A stretch of DNA of 64,000 nt from Octopus sinensis (taxonomy: Eukaryota), in the NCBI RefSeq assembly GCF_006345805.1, contig NC_042998.1:201376001-201440000 (forward strand), in the 5' to 3' direction. This document shows, one piece after another, positions 14,521 to 27,241 of this stretch. Made by a program: the position numbers and the translations under genes. The notes under the pieces were generated by a model. The model was given only the letters and a program-made list of their open reading frames with translations, made no database searches and was not told the DNA's origin. How positions within the stretch are numbered: position 1 is the first letter of the stretch; the number at the start of each line of letters is the position of its first letter.

Positions 14521-15046
14521 GTATTTCTGTAAATAAATACGGCTGAAATTAATGAGAAGAATTTGTATTGAAATCTCCATCGCCACATAATCTATTCCAT
14601 TATTAAAACTGTCAGACTCAATATAAATAAACAACCGAATATTGTCAGTGTGTAATTTAATTAATATGTTGTTACTGACAGAATAATTTAGTGCTATAGC
14701 ACTCTCACAGTGAACAAATATGGTCTTCCCTTTCTCCTTTAGTATCTGAGCGACGAGTTGACGTAAAGAGAGGAGAGAATGAAGTTTTTGTGATCTTCGT
14801 AATATATTTTGTATTATTATTTTAAAACTTTGTATGGATAAATGTTTATGCAGAAATAAACAACAGAAAACTCACACGTCCAATGATACAAGTGATACAC
14901 ACCACACATATGTATCTAAGTACGGGTATATATGAATGATTTTATGTGTATATCTGAATACATTTTCTATATCAGTCATTCTGGCTGTCTCTCTTTAATA
15001 TTTTCTGCCCGTATCTCTCCCCTTGTTTCCCACTCTCCTCATCACT

Positions 15047-15058
15047 CTATCTATTTAT

Positions 15059-15140
<82 letters not shown>

Positions 15141-15145
15141 ATCTA

Positions 15146-15193
<48 letters not shown>

Positions 15194-15322
15194 ATATATA
15201 TATATATCTATCTATCCATCTAGTTATATATCTATATATCTATCTATCTATATATTATATATATATAATATATTATAATATATATATATTAATATATATA
15301 TATATATACACATATATATACA
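15047..15322. repeat. (ATCT)n/(TA)n microsatellite
   Basis: Visible directly. Confidence 0.95.
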
Positions 15323-15568
15323 CATTGTGCATAAGCGTATATATAAATTCTTCCCTGGAAAAAAAAAAAATTCTTTACAACGAAGTGTTATTTTTGAATA
15401 CAGCTCAGGTGTACTGAGCAGTAATAGAAATTCGTATAACAAAGGAATAAATGATTATCTTATAAACTTCGTTGAATTGCAACTGTTTCTGCTGAAAATG
15501 CACTTGATATTCGAGACGCCGATGAAGTTATAAGGCGCTATTCAGACATTAAACTAAGAGGCGACTGC

Positions 15569-15638
<70 letters not shown>

Positions 15639-15680
15639 TATACATATATATGTATACATATGTTCATATATATATATATG

Positions 15681-15748
<68 letters not shown>

Positions 15749-15817
15749 TGGAGAGGCGATGATAATGATAATATGTTATTGTTATTGTTATTCTTCTTCT
15801 TCTTCTTCTTCTTCTTC

Positions 15818-15849
<32 letters not shown>

Positions 15850-15871
15850 GTTAGTATTATTATTATTGTTA
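15569..15871. repeat. (TA)n/(GA)n/(TTC)n/(TTA)n microsatellite
   Basis: Visible directly. Confidence 0.95.
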
Positions 15872-16965
15872 TTTTTCCTACTATCTTCAAATTTTCTTCC
15901 ATTTCTCGCCGAGTGTTTTCCGTACACCTGGGGCAGAGAAGCTCATTGTATGCATTCCCAGATTATGCACGCAAATTCACAGGTAAAATATGTATTTAAA
16001 AATTAATAAATAAATAATTTCATGAATGGATGTTTTCACAGCAATAATACTATTCTCAGTAGATGAGCCGTTCCAGTTAACACGACTTTTTGCACTTCGT
16101 TTAGGCATGGTAAGCCTGGTATCATTCTCAAATAGGTTTCAGTACCTTTTTTTTTTTATCATTCCTAGAGACCCTACAATCAGCGGTACTGTAGTCGCCT
16201 TGAGATGCCACATTTTTTCAATTTCTATTAGCAGGTCTTTATATTTACTAATCTTGTCAAATTCTTTCGCCGCTATATTGTGATCGCAAGGAATATTTTT
16301 ATCAATTAATAAACACATCATTTTTGTCTGATCTTTTATAGTAATATCCGGTTTATTAGCTTTTATAGTTTAGTCGGTATGTACGGGCAAGTCCCAGAGA
16401 ATCAACACATTAAATGGTGTTTATACCATTTGTCTGCAGTTTTGATTTTATAATGCCAGCATATTGTCAAATGTACATACTGGCCGACTCTGTTATGTCT
16501 TGTTTTATATTCTACAGGGTTTAATACTCTACACCCTGGGATTAGGTGGTCTGTTGTTTCAATCTCAACGTTACAGAATCGGCATTTGGGGTCAGCCCAA
16601 TTTTTTATCACATTGGCTTGGTAGTTCCGGGTTAATAAGCTTTGATCTTGAGCAGCTAATATGAAACCTTCACTCTCTGCTTTTAGCCCTGAGTTTCGTA
16701 ACCATTGGTTGGCGCATTTCCTTCACCCTGATCAATTTGGTAGATATCTAGGAGATCAGTAGCGAAATTTTTGCTCTCTTTCAGAATTGAGTGAAGTTTT
16801 TTCGGTCTTTCATTTTTTTCAATATTTTATAGCATCAAATCGCTGGTCACTTCAAGGTATTTGGTCAGTTCGATTGTGCTGGTTTTGTACGTAATTTCAA
16901 GCTGGATGAAGCCTCGACCTCCCTGAGCTCTGCGAAGGTAAAGACGATCCACTAGGATGCTTGGA
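15872..16965 (-). mobile_element. degenerate REL-endonuclease LINE (R4/Dong-like), 3' part, with (AAT)n tail
   Basis: VDRLYLRRAQGGRG; EGFILAAQDQSL; CRFC..ETTDHLIPGC zinc knuckle; RHN; KPDI..LLID (PD-(D/E)xK); KYKDL..IVGSLG; tail microsatellite 15775-15871. Confidence 0.9.
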
Positions 16966-16978
16966 GAACTCATATGTG

Positions 16979-17069
16979 TTTTGGCTGATGAGTACGGGAC
17001 ACTTGTATTTGCTGCAATATTTGCAGCTTTTAATAAAGCTTGTCTTCGTATGAAACAATTGTACTGAAA
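16979..17069 (+). ncRNA. type-I hammerhead ribozyme, canonical core, branched helix II
   Basis: ttttgg-CTGATGA-gtacgggaca...tgtcttcgtat-GAAAC-AATT-GTA-ctgaaa; inner hairpin gctgcaa/ttgcagc; palindromic helix III; short tail then (TA)n. Confidence 0.8.
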
Positions 17070-17097
17070 AACTAATCCATTCTTGTTGCTTTTTTCT

Positions 17098-17147
<50 letters not shown>

Positions 17148-18149
17148 ATATATGTATTATATAGCGATGGAATATGAATTGCTTAAGCGTTTTATGTGAC
17201 ATTTCAAACGGATATATGAACTTTTGAAAGAAATCAGAGCTGTTCTACTCTTGATACATTCATTAATTAATAACATAGGCAAAGTTAAGTACCAATATAT
17301 GCTAAATAATTAACCTTTGTTGTGACGCAAGTAATATTAAAGGTGTGTATTTATGTGTATCTGTGCGTGTTCAAACACATGAGAATGATAATCAATATTG
17401 AAACTGCGAACCAGGACCCTCATTTAAGGAAACATAACGCGTGTAGAACTGAATATATACATGTGTATAAAATATGGCGTATGGAATTAATATTAGCTAA
17501 ATGCTTAAAATAAATCATGATTAATTTTGTAGTATATATGGAGACAATGTAATCGTAACAGCACGCTCTTTGAGCAGTTATGAATTATACTGTACAAGAC
17601 AATAAAATTTTCAAAATTATAATTGATGCTGATCTGAGTAGTGTTAACCTTTTTTTACAGGAATTAATTGAGGATGAGATATGAATAAGCTCCGCTCTTA
17701 TTCATTATCGAAGATTGTATGAGAAAATAGTTTACACGTAAAAGAATTGCAATTAATCACTAAATTGAATGTTTAAAATTGGAAAAAATACATACCTTTT
17801 AACTGTCTTCCGGAGAAGACCTGTTTTAGCACATTGTGAAATTATAAAATTCATTTTATTATCACTCCAATATTGTGAAGCTTAAAATAAGTATTAAGTA
17901 TATAACATTTTTGCACTTTAATTGGAAGAATAATTAAACAATTTCTAAATTTAATTTCTACTCACTCTAATAAATAGTACAATTACTTTTTAGCATTGTA
18001 CAGTCATCTTTATTGTTATCTATTCCTGCTGTAACAATTGTTTTTTACCGTGAAACACTTCAATCCAAATAATTAAATCAATAACTAGGATAGATATTTA
18101 TGTATTCTTTGTGGCAACGGTCTACGAAATAATAAATGCCTCCAAAACG

Positions 18150-18812
18150 CCTGCATGTTTTCATGTCCAAAAGTGTGGTAGGGACATCGATATGGAATTT
18201 GGGGTTACCAAAATTTCAGTAAATAATATCAAAACACGGAAGTAAGCATTCTGCAGGGGAATGCAGTTACTATCAAGAGCGACCATGGGTGGACCCAACG
18301 GTAGTGGGTATCGATATTTGGGGATTTGGGAGCTGGATGACAGCGTACACATAGATATGGAAGTCAAGTTCTGCAAGCTATATCAAAAAAGGGTGAAAAT
18401 GGTGTTGAAATCCATCCTGAATGCCAAAACTTTGATTACTGCAATGGATACCTGGGTAGTTGCGGTGGTCGGATATAGTGCGTCCATCCTCAAATTGGCT
18501 AAGGGGGTGGAATATCAATGCTGGATAAAAGGACGGGAAAGCTGATGACGCTGCACGGGGCGTTACACCCTAAAGCAAATGTAAACATACTCTTTTACTC
18601 TTTTACTCTTTACTGTTTTACTTGTTTCAGTCATTTGACTGCGGCCATGCTGGAGCACCGCCTTTAGTCGAGCAAATCGACCCCGGGACTTATTCTTTGT
18701 AAGCCCAGTACTTATTCTATCGGTCCCTTTTGCCGAACCGCTAAGTGACGGGGACGTAAACACACCAGCATCGGTTGTCAAGCAATGCTAGGGGACAAAC
18801 ACAGACACACAA

Positions 18813-18865
<53 letters not shown>

Positions 18866-20050
18866 CATATATACGACAGGCTTCTTTCAGTTTCCGTCTA
18901 CCAAATCCACTCACAAGGCATTGGTCGGCCCGGGGCTATAGCAGAAGACACCTGCCCAAGATGCCACGCAGTGGGACTGAACCCGGAACCATGTGGTTGG
19001 TTAGCAAGCTACTTACCACACAGTCACTCCTGCGCCTATATATTACTTTATATGAAAAGAAAGAAATTAATATAGACCATTGTATAAGATTTGAAAGGAG
19101 AACGCTTCTCGAGTATCCGATAAATAGTGATGAAGACCTACTGCAGTATGCCGCGAAAGATATTGGTGTAAATGCAGATGAAATGATGAGCAAGTAAGTG
19201 CTTATCCAAAGAACCAAGGAAAAGAGAAAAGAAGATCTTGAAATGAGAATGCATGGACAGTCGGAAAGGAAGACAGAAGACGTTAAGCATAATACAGCAT
19301 CGTGAGCATGGCTTGAACAACCTGATTTAATGCGTCCCACCGAATGCCTGATCATTGTTGAAAAAGACCGGGCTCTCGCTACCAAGTCGGTGAAGTATAG
19401 CATCTATTAAACTTCTGACACCCAGAAATACAGCCTCTGTGGTAAGAGTGTGGAAAATGTGACCCATTTGCTAAGTGGATATGAGAGCCTTGCACAAAAA
19501 GAGTGCAATTGCCGCCATGATAACGTATGTGTGTGTGTGTGTACGTTCATTGGCTGTTATGTTGTAAATACCAATATGAAGTAACAGGGAATTGGTATGA
19601 TTATGTACCAAATAACGCTATGCTGGGACTATGATTTTCAGACGAATGATGTAATCGAACACCGTCGGGCGGATATTTCCATTTTGAATAAGAGCGACAA
19701 ATACTGTCAAATCATTGATGTAGCCATACCAAATGACATGAATGTTGTGAGTAAGGAGTGCTGCGAATTGAAAGTGGAATTGGCAAAGCTGTATGGAATG
19801 CGAGAGGGTAATTTGAAGTGATAGCAGTGGTGATAGGAGCGTTGGGCTGAATCCCATTGAAATTTCAAAACTTCTTAAGGCAACTTAAGATCGATGTCTT
19901 GAAAAAAAAAAAAGCAGCCTTATTTGGCACAGCGCTCATTATATGGAAAGTATTATCTGCCTGAGGTTGTTGTTGTGATATGACAGAAGACTAAACATTC
20001 CGGTGCATTTTTACCTACGCTGTGTTACGAAGGAATGATGATGATGATAA
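18150..20050 (+). mobile_element. degenerate R4/Dong-like LINE, interrupted by a SINE at 18588-19037
   Basis: YRYLGI..YQKRVKMVLKSILNAK; GALHPKANV|LYMKRK; LCGKSVENVTHLLSG..RHDNV; WDYDFQT..HRRADI..IIDVAIP; VVIGALG; ATG/AAT tail. Confidence 0.88.
18588..19037 (-). mobile_element. SINE family A, full length, nested in R4/Dong LINE
   Basis: Reverse complement of 33575-34000; splits the LINE frame at ANV|LYM. Confidence 0.92.
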
Positions 20051-20072
20051 TATTAATAATAATATTAATAAT

Positions 20073-20544
20073 ATCGTGACGCATATTTGCCATTTGAATA
20101 TGGCTAACCCCTAAGGGTGGATGCTACTGTAGTTTGTAGCCCCAGTAGTGTTACCGCTACTGTTTATAACTCGCTTTGAGATTTATCATTGTTTGATTTC
20201 ACTTTTTCAATATCAGCGTTAATCGACACTGGAAAAAGTATATGTATTTGTGAGGGAAACTGAATTCTCGTCGACAACTATGATTGTCACACGCTGATGA
20301 TAGGTAAACACCTTGAAACTCGAGTCCGTGTGTATCATAAGTTGAAGACGGGAAGGATGACTTCCCTTCACAAATACTGATAGGGCACAGATAGTGTGTC
20401 TATAGCCAGCTGGAGGAGATATCTTCCTGGGGCTACAAACTACAGTAGCATCAACCCTTAGGGGTTAGCCATATTCAAATGGCAAATATGCGTCACGATG
20501 TGTTACCGCTACTGTTTATAACTGGCTATGAGATTTATCATTGT

Positions 20545-20546
<2 letters not shown>
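20073..20546 (+). mobile_element. non-autonomous HHR-bearing element (retrozyme-like), 352-nt unit with partial direct repeat and 73-nt 5' inversion
   Basis: 20148-20194 repeats at 20500-20546; 20073-20145 is the reverse complement of 20427-20499; flanked by AAT repeats; no ORF. Confidence 0.8.
20280..20339 (+). ncRNA. type-I hammerhead ribozyme, canonical core
   Basis: cacacg-CTGATGA-t-aggt(aaac)acct-t-GAAAC-TCGA-GTC-cgtgtg; palindromic helix III (actcgagt); helix I extends into a long hairpin 20246-20377. Confidence 0.9.
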
Positions 20547-20623
<77 letters not shown>

Positions 20624-21263
20624 TAATAATAATTAAATGACAAATTTGCCGGGTGGAGTCTGCTGTGGTGGAATTTACCGCGGTGGAATTTAACGGTCAC
20701 CTATGATACATGTGTCCACTGGATTTGTAACTACGCCCACACACATCTCAACAGGCAACGCATACTCAATGTTTGTTATCTAAGGAAATGAAAACATCTC
20801 AAAAACAATATGCTTGAAGGCTCCCTTCTTTCAGATTGTAATTTTCACACACACACACACCTACGCCTGCAAGGCATAAAGTAAACAATACTTACTGAAA
20901 GGAACTACTGAATGGTTTCAAATGCGATTTCTTGAAACAAGCTAAGCGGATAAACTTTAATATTTATAATATCAGTTATTGATAAACATTCGAGCACAAT
21001 ACAGAATTGTTCTAAACAACATCCCTTACAATAAGATAAAATATATCTTTGTGTAAATAGGCGAATACGTATATAGATGGATTTTATCTGCACAATTTGG
21101 CAAATTCTTAGAAAAACAAAAACTGAGACATCAATGAAGAATCTACTATATTAGCAAGCGACTTGGAGTTAGAAAATAGTTTAAAACACACACGCCACCC
21201 ACTCGCAGCATTCTCAAAATCCAGATTCCTAATTTCTCCTATATATTGAGAAACTAGCTGTGT

Positions 21264-21651
21264 GGATGGAAGCACTGTGTCGGTTACGACGACGAGGGTT
21301 CCGGTTGATCCGATCCACGGAACAGCCTGCTCGTGAAACTAACGTGTAAGTGGCTGAGCAACCCCACAGATACGTGTACCCTTAACGTAGTTCGCGGGGA
21401 TATTCAGCGTGACACAGAGAGTGACAAGGCCGGCCCTTTTGACATACAGATACAACAGAAACACGAAGTAAGAGTGAGAGAAAGTTGTGGTGGAAGAGTA
21501 CAGCAGGGATCACCACCATCCCTGCCGGAGCTTCGTGGAGCTTTAGGTGTTTTCGCTCAATAAACACTCACAACGCCCGGTCTAGGAATCGAAACCGCGA
21601 TCCTACGACCGCGAGTCCGCTGCCCTAACCACTGGGCCATTGCGCCTCCAT
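21264..21651 (-). mobile_element. tRNA-derived SINE family C, young, CpG-rich
   Basis: A box TGGCCCAGTGG, B box GGTTTCGATTCC; 11-bp TSD actagctgtgt at 21253-21263 and 21652-21662. Confidence 0.92.
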
Positions 21652-22671
21652 ACTAGCTGTGTAAGATGAATCAAGAAAAAAATAATGCTACAATTATCAA
21701 AAAGCAACATCATTATGTCTGTGAAACAGTATTATGTTTGTAATTAAATAACATACTCATTGTGTATTAAAAAAACGTCGAATATACGTGCCGATCGATA
21801 TATAGCAGAGACCTAGTTGTGGTAATATAGATGTTTATATTGTACAAATTTCAACCGAAGCCTCATAACATGCAATACCCCTATATCAACGCCTATGACT
21901 ATAACATATGAAATATGAAAACATGGATGACTACAAAGCTGACTACTTTAAAAGTAACATTAATATTTTCAAGAAACCTGATCGAAAATTCAAACTTCAC
22001 TTTTCATTCCCATAAAACTACAATTAATCTATAGTTTGACAGATACCATTTAATGAAAAAGAAAAGCATAATGAATCTAAGACATGGTAAGTTTCATCAG
22101 AACCACAAAATCTTATGATAACTCACTGATTTCAAGTGACATAGAATATATAATCGAATCCATCGTACAAATATTACCTGAAATTCTCGTAAACAGCACA
22201 AAATAAATACATCCTAGTACAAAAAAATAACTAAAATCCAATCGCAATTTTGGTGAGTAAAATTACTCGCTTTCACAGAATACCAACAACAGTCGAAAAA
22301 AGGGAAAATTCAATACAGAAATTATTCTCACGACCAAATACATATAGTTATATAGCACAGTAGAATTATATATTGAAATTTCCCAGTTTTAGCAGTTGAG
22401 AATCTTTAGCTCGGTCAATATTTTGCCAGTTATAATTTTCTCTTATAACATACGGCTCACAACAAAATGAAACTGACGTAACATTCTCTTTTGTTTCGGG
22501 GTATATGGTCGAAAATAATTTAGTTGGGTGAGGAATAATATTATCTCTGATATAACATTTAAAAATGATAAATAGGAAAAAAGTATAAATGCCAAAGACA
22601 AAATTCTGACATTGGCACGTGCTCGAGTGACGCAGAGAAAGCGTATCCGTTCCCTAATACGTTTCTATGTG

Positions 22672-22985
22672 CAAAGAGAAAAGACCCCCTTCGTTCATGA
22701 ATGACTATGGGATTGCCCTAGGAAGTTCCTCTCCAAGGTACAAATCTGTGCAAGGTAGTTTATGGAAGACCGGTAGGCATCCAAGTGTACCAGCCACCAA
22801 TTCTAACCAAAGCAGAGGCAATTTGGCACCAGAAACGGTGCAAGTTATTTCTACAGCCCTAATAAACTTCAGCAACGTGAAATAAAGTGTCTTTCTTAAG
22901 AACACAACGCACAAATTGGTCCGGTTGAACTCACTACCTCATGGTTGTGAGCCCGACGCTCCAACCATTGAGCCATGCACCTTCG
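22672..22985 (-). mobile_element. tRNA-derived SINE (CORE-like body)
   Basis: TGGCTCAATGG A box, GAGTTCAA B box, gttgtgttcttaagaaagacacttt body. Confidence 0.8.
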
Positions 22986-25258
22986 CCTTGTATGTATAAA
23001 CAACTTGTCAATAAGATTAATTCATTCATCAACCGAATAAGATGGCTTACCTTTTTCTTTGACAAAAATGACACTCAACAACACACTAATGATAAAACAT
23101 CTGAGTTCAGCAAGTTATTTAAATCTAAAAATAGTCCGCCGCCTAATCCAAGGTTGAAGCAATTTGAAGATGATCTCTGGTCCATTGTGAGAAATGTAAA
23201 ATTTCAACGGTCACCACTAAGAAATAAACATCTGAGGTATCTTCGCAACATCACCAAAGAAATCAATTCTATGGATACTATGTTGGTTCAATCTGATAAG
23301 ACTGGTAATCTGTACAAACTTTATAAAGACTATTATTTGGAATTACTTGAAAAAGAAATTCAGAAAAAGTATAAAATTGCTGATAAAAGAATACTTAAGA
23401 AAGCCAACATCGAGGCTATGAAAATCATGGAGAAATATAACCTACAAATGAAGACAGAACCACTTGTTCCTAAGCAACCTAGGTTTATTTTGAAGGATCA
23501 CAAACCAAATTTCTTTACTAACCCATCATTAAGGCTTATCTGCCCTTCTAGCTCTGACATCGGTATCCGTAGTAAAAATATACTAGACAAATATATTCCT
23601 AATCTAATCAAAACATTAAAACTTAGTTTATGGACTAATTCATTTGACGTAGTTGACTGGTTTAGGTCTATTAACAGTAAGGTGAGTACGAAGTTTATCC
23701 AGTTTGATATTTCCAATTTTATTCGTCTATTAATCCTATAGTACTTAATAAGGCACTTTGGCTTGCTCATAACAAAGTTGGTCTCACCCGAGAAGAAATT
23801 AATGTTGTGTTGGCAGCCAGAAGATCTATTATTAAATTTGATGATAAGTTGTGGGTCCGTAAAGACACACCAGATAGTTTCGATATACCTATGGGAAGTT
23901 CTGATTCAGCACAGATAGCTGATTTGGTATGTATATATATTCTTTTTGAAATGGCTGAAGAGTTCCCTAACATTTATGGAGGTCTATATCGTGATGATTG
24001 TTTACTTTACCTCCAAAATGTTTCTAACCAAAAGGTACAAAACGTTAAGAACAGTTTAATTAATTTTTTCAGTAGAATTGGCTTAAAAATCGTTTTTGAT
24101 GACGATCTGACGAAGGCCAACTTTTTAGATATTACGCTTAATTTACACAGTGACTCTTACTTCCCATATCATAAACCGTTGACCAATCTTAAGTATATTA
24201 GCAAATTTAGTAATCATCCTGGAGCAATTACTAAGAATTTAGTTAAGAATATTTCATTTAGATTATCTAAATTATCTGCTAATATTGATATTTTCAATAA
24301 TAACGCTGAATTCTATAACTCTGCCTTAATCAAAGCAGGTTATACAGAAAACATTTTCTACATTGATTCTGCTCAGTCTAATTGTAAATTCAATAATGTA
24401 GATAAGATTTCTAGTCGTAAAAGAATTATTGATAACAAACATAACTTACGCACCGATACAAAGCGAATGAAGGCAGATAACCTTTATTTATTCCCCTATT
24501 ACCGATCTAAAAGTAAATATAATACCTTCAAAAGTAATTACGCTATGAATACTAGTAAAAATATTTGGTTAATAATTCCTTACGGGAGACAAATTAAATC
24601 TAATCTCCCACTGCTGTTTCGTCAAGCTATTGCTAGGAATTTTCCAAATAATTCTAGATATTACTCTATAATTAATTCACATAAGGTTAGGATAGGTTTT
24701 TCAAACACAAAAAATCTCTTGCAAATTATATCTTCTCATAATAACAAACTGTTAAATATTAATACATTTACTAATACTAACATTAATTTAGCTACTACCA
24801 TCCAACCCTCTAGAAATATTAATAACAAGGTTATTGTATCTGAAGTCAATCCCAATAGAATTAAATTTATGTCAAGTAACTCTAAGATTAAAAATTCTAT
24901 ATACCAGTGTATAATCAGTACTCGTAATAAAGTACGATTTTACATTGGAAGCACATCGTTAGAGTTATCTAAGAGAATTTCTATCCATTACTCAACATTT
25001 AGGGATAGAAATAAACGGAATAGTACCAGTCTCAGCAAACTGATTTGGAATTTAAAAGACCACAATGAACAATTTCATTTGGAATGGTTGATCCTCTCAA
25101 TTTCGATACCATATGACAAAGGCAAGAAATTCTGTCTTCTCTGCAATTCTGAGCTATTTTTCATTATTTTTTCTAAAAATACTCTAGTAAACACGGTTAT
25201 AGAACGAGCATACAGATGTAAGCATTGGCAAAAACATACTTTTAGTGCATATAAGTAG
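22986..25258 (+). pseudogene. PLE polyprotein: reverse transcriptase + GIY-YIG endonuclease, one frameshift at ~23717-23720
   Basis: Motifs SDKTGNLYK, ILKDHKPNF..RLICP, IQFDISNF, FDIPMGS, GGLYRDD, FLDITL, SNHP, then IYQC..FYIGST..RISIH and C-terminal CLLC..CKH. Adding one T to the T4 run restores FDISNFYSSI and fuses ORFs 22941-23741 and 23807-25258. The track's ATG at 22941 lies inside an adjacent SINE. Confidence 0.9.
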
Positions 25259-25459
25259 TCTCTATCATTATATATAGTTTAGACTTTAATTTCCTTTATA
25301 TTTAACATTCACTATTAATATCCCTACTCTTTCCGTTAGCTACTTATGACGTTATATCATATAACGTTTTTTTAAACAATATTAATAGCGTTCTGTCTAT
25401 CGCTATACGAATCCATAATTTTTTGCTAAAATCTCGTATTGACAAGTTTCGTTTCTTCA

Positions 25460-25544
25460 CTTTCCCGAAGAGAAGATTGCATTGTTTATACCTTTTATTC
25501 TTTTGAATAAGTATCAGTGGAATTTTTGAAACATATGTAGAAAG
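25460..25544 (+). ncRNA. type-I hammerhead ribozyme (extended helix II, U4C core) in PLE pseudo-LTR
   Basis: ctttc-CCGAAGA-long stem II-GAAAC-ATAT-GTA-gaaag; helix I ctttc/gaaag; the paralog at 37800-37883 has a canonical core. Confidence 0.75.
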
Positions 25545-25586
25545 AAAAAATACTTGTTTAAACCTGCGTTGACTCCATTTTTTATT

Positions 25587-25667
<81 letters not shown>

Positions 25668-26989
25668 TTCTGATGTGTGGATATATCTGAGCGCTTATTT
25701 GTGCTGAAATATGCATGTTTATGTATACTATTATTAGCAAGTTTCACGAGGGATTATTTTATTTGCGGCGTGACACGGATTACGGGGGTGCATAATTGCA
25801 TAAAGTCTCTAACATGTTATGTAATTTTAGGGGCATTATATTAAGCAATTGTATGTCCTCTAAAACGTGGAATCCCAATCTCAAATTTTGCTGATCATTG
25901 ATTATTTCTTCCTACTGCAACTACTACTACAACAACAACAACTACTACTACTACAACTACACACGCTCACACATAAGTGAATGAATGAATGCATACATGA
26001 TCATATATATTTATTGATATAAACTTATATGTGATAACGTGTTTGTATGAGATTGTACAACTTTCTTGTTATCGTGTGTATAAATATGATGAGAATTATA
26101 TGGTGCTACTTTGAATAAATTTACGTGATTATCATAATATACGTGGAAGGAAAGCGTAATAAGATTTAAAATTTTATTGATATTTATGATATAAAATACG
26201 AGATATACGTCAATCTTTATAATCCATTTTAAATAATATTGAGTCTTTTAAACAAGCCTTAAATAGGTGTGAATGAATTATAAAACTGCAAAGACTACAC
26301 GGAAATATTATAACTTAAATTCCGGTTCATTAAGTCGAAAATAGGGATGATCATACATAAAAAACTGATTTTTTTTCATCAGTTTACAAAATTTAATTTA
26401 TGTAATTACGAAGTAATAGGAAATGTTCTTAGCGAAATATGTAAGTATTCTTCTATTCATAAGCACACGTAAAAATCATACTGATTAATATATGTGTGTG
26501 TGCGTGTATACAGAGAGAGAGAGAGAGAGAGATCGGAGTTCCATTCCTACACTGGCCTGTGTGTTGTGTTCTTGAGCAAGACAATTTATTTCCCTTTAAT
26601 CTAGCCTGCTCTGATGTACAGTTGAGATATGTAAGTCTGAGGAACTGCTGGTGTTCTACAAACAACTATAGACCACGAGTGGAATGTTCCCTAACAAATC
26701 TCGCTAGGAAACATTCTACGTGCAGTTCCTTGACCATTCGTGACAGAGGGTGGTCTTCACTCTCCCTATATATATATATTTATTGTCGAGAATCGTATAG
26801 CAAATCAATAAAAAAAGGGCGAGAGACAGGTCTAGGAACAAAACAAGGTGTTTTAGTTAGATGATGAGACAGGAAAAAACCTTACACGTTTCGAGTATAG
26901 GTCCTTCTATAAGAGGGAATGGGAAGAGAAAACAGATAGGGTGAGAATTACACACACACACACACACACACACATATATGTATATGTAT

Positions 26990-27182
26990 GTGACCTCGTG
27001 TGTACCGTTGGCGATTTTTTTTCCTCTGTCTTCCCTTCTCTGGATCTTTCCTTCTCCTATGTTTCCGACGAAGAGCTCTGCTCGAAACAATAAACCCTCA
27101 TTCTTTCCTGAGCGTCCAATAATACTATATTTGTTCCACGTCCTCGCGTTGTTGTGTTTTTTTTGTGCTTTCTTGTTTGGAT

Positions 27183-27188
<6 letters not shown>
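26990..27188 (+). mobile_element. PLE pseudo-LTR 3' fragment, CCGACGA-type HHR at 27061-27095
   Basis: gttt-CCGACGA-a-gagc(tct)gctc-GAAACAAT-aaac; ends in (TA)n. Confidence 0.75.

Positions 27189-27240
<52 letters not shown>

Positions 27241-27241
<1 letters not shown>

Larger units (their letters stand above)
22986..25590 (+). mobile_element. Penelope-like retroelement (EN+ PLE, Nematis-like by motif), slightly 5'-truncated, with 3' pseudo-LTR ending in (TA)n
   Basis: RT-GIY-YIG reading frame followed by ~330 nt non-coding tail carrying an HHR. The tail has a second diverged copy at 37750-38059 (-). 3' end abuts (TA)n(TG)n. Confidence 0.92.

Noticed and set aside
18775-19075. Recurrent ORF IRQASFSFRLPNPLTRHWSARG (also 33550-33816 and 7439-7690)
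   Set aside because: Antisense reading of SINE A; the repetition reflects SINE copies.
21570-21650. tRNA gene candidates (also 39160-39232 and 46550-46622)
   Set aside because: A and B boxes are present, but there is no paired acceptor stem, and they are attached to SINE bodies, TSDs or microsatellite tails.
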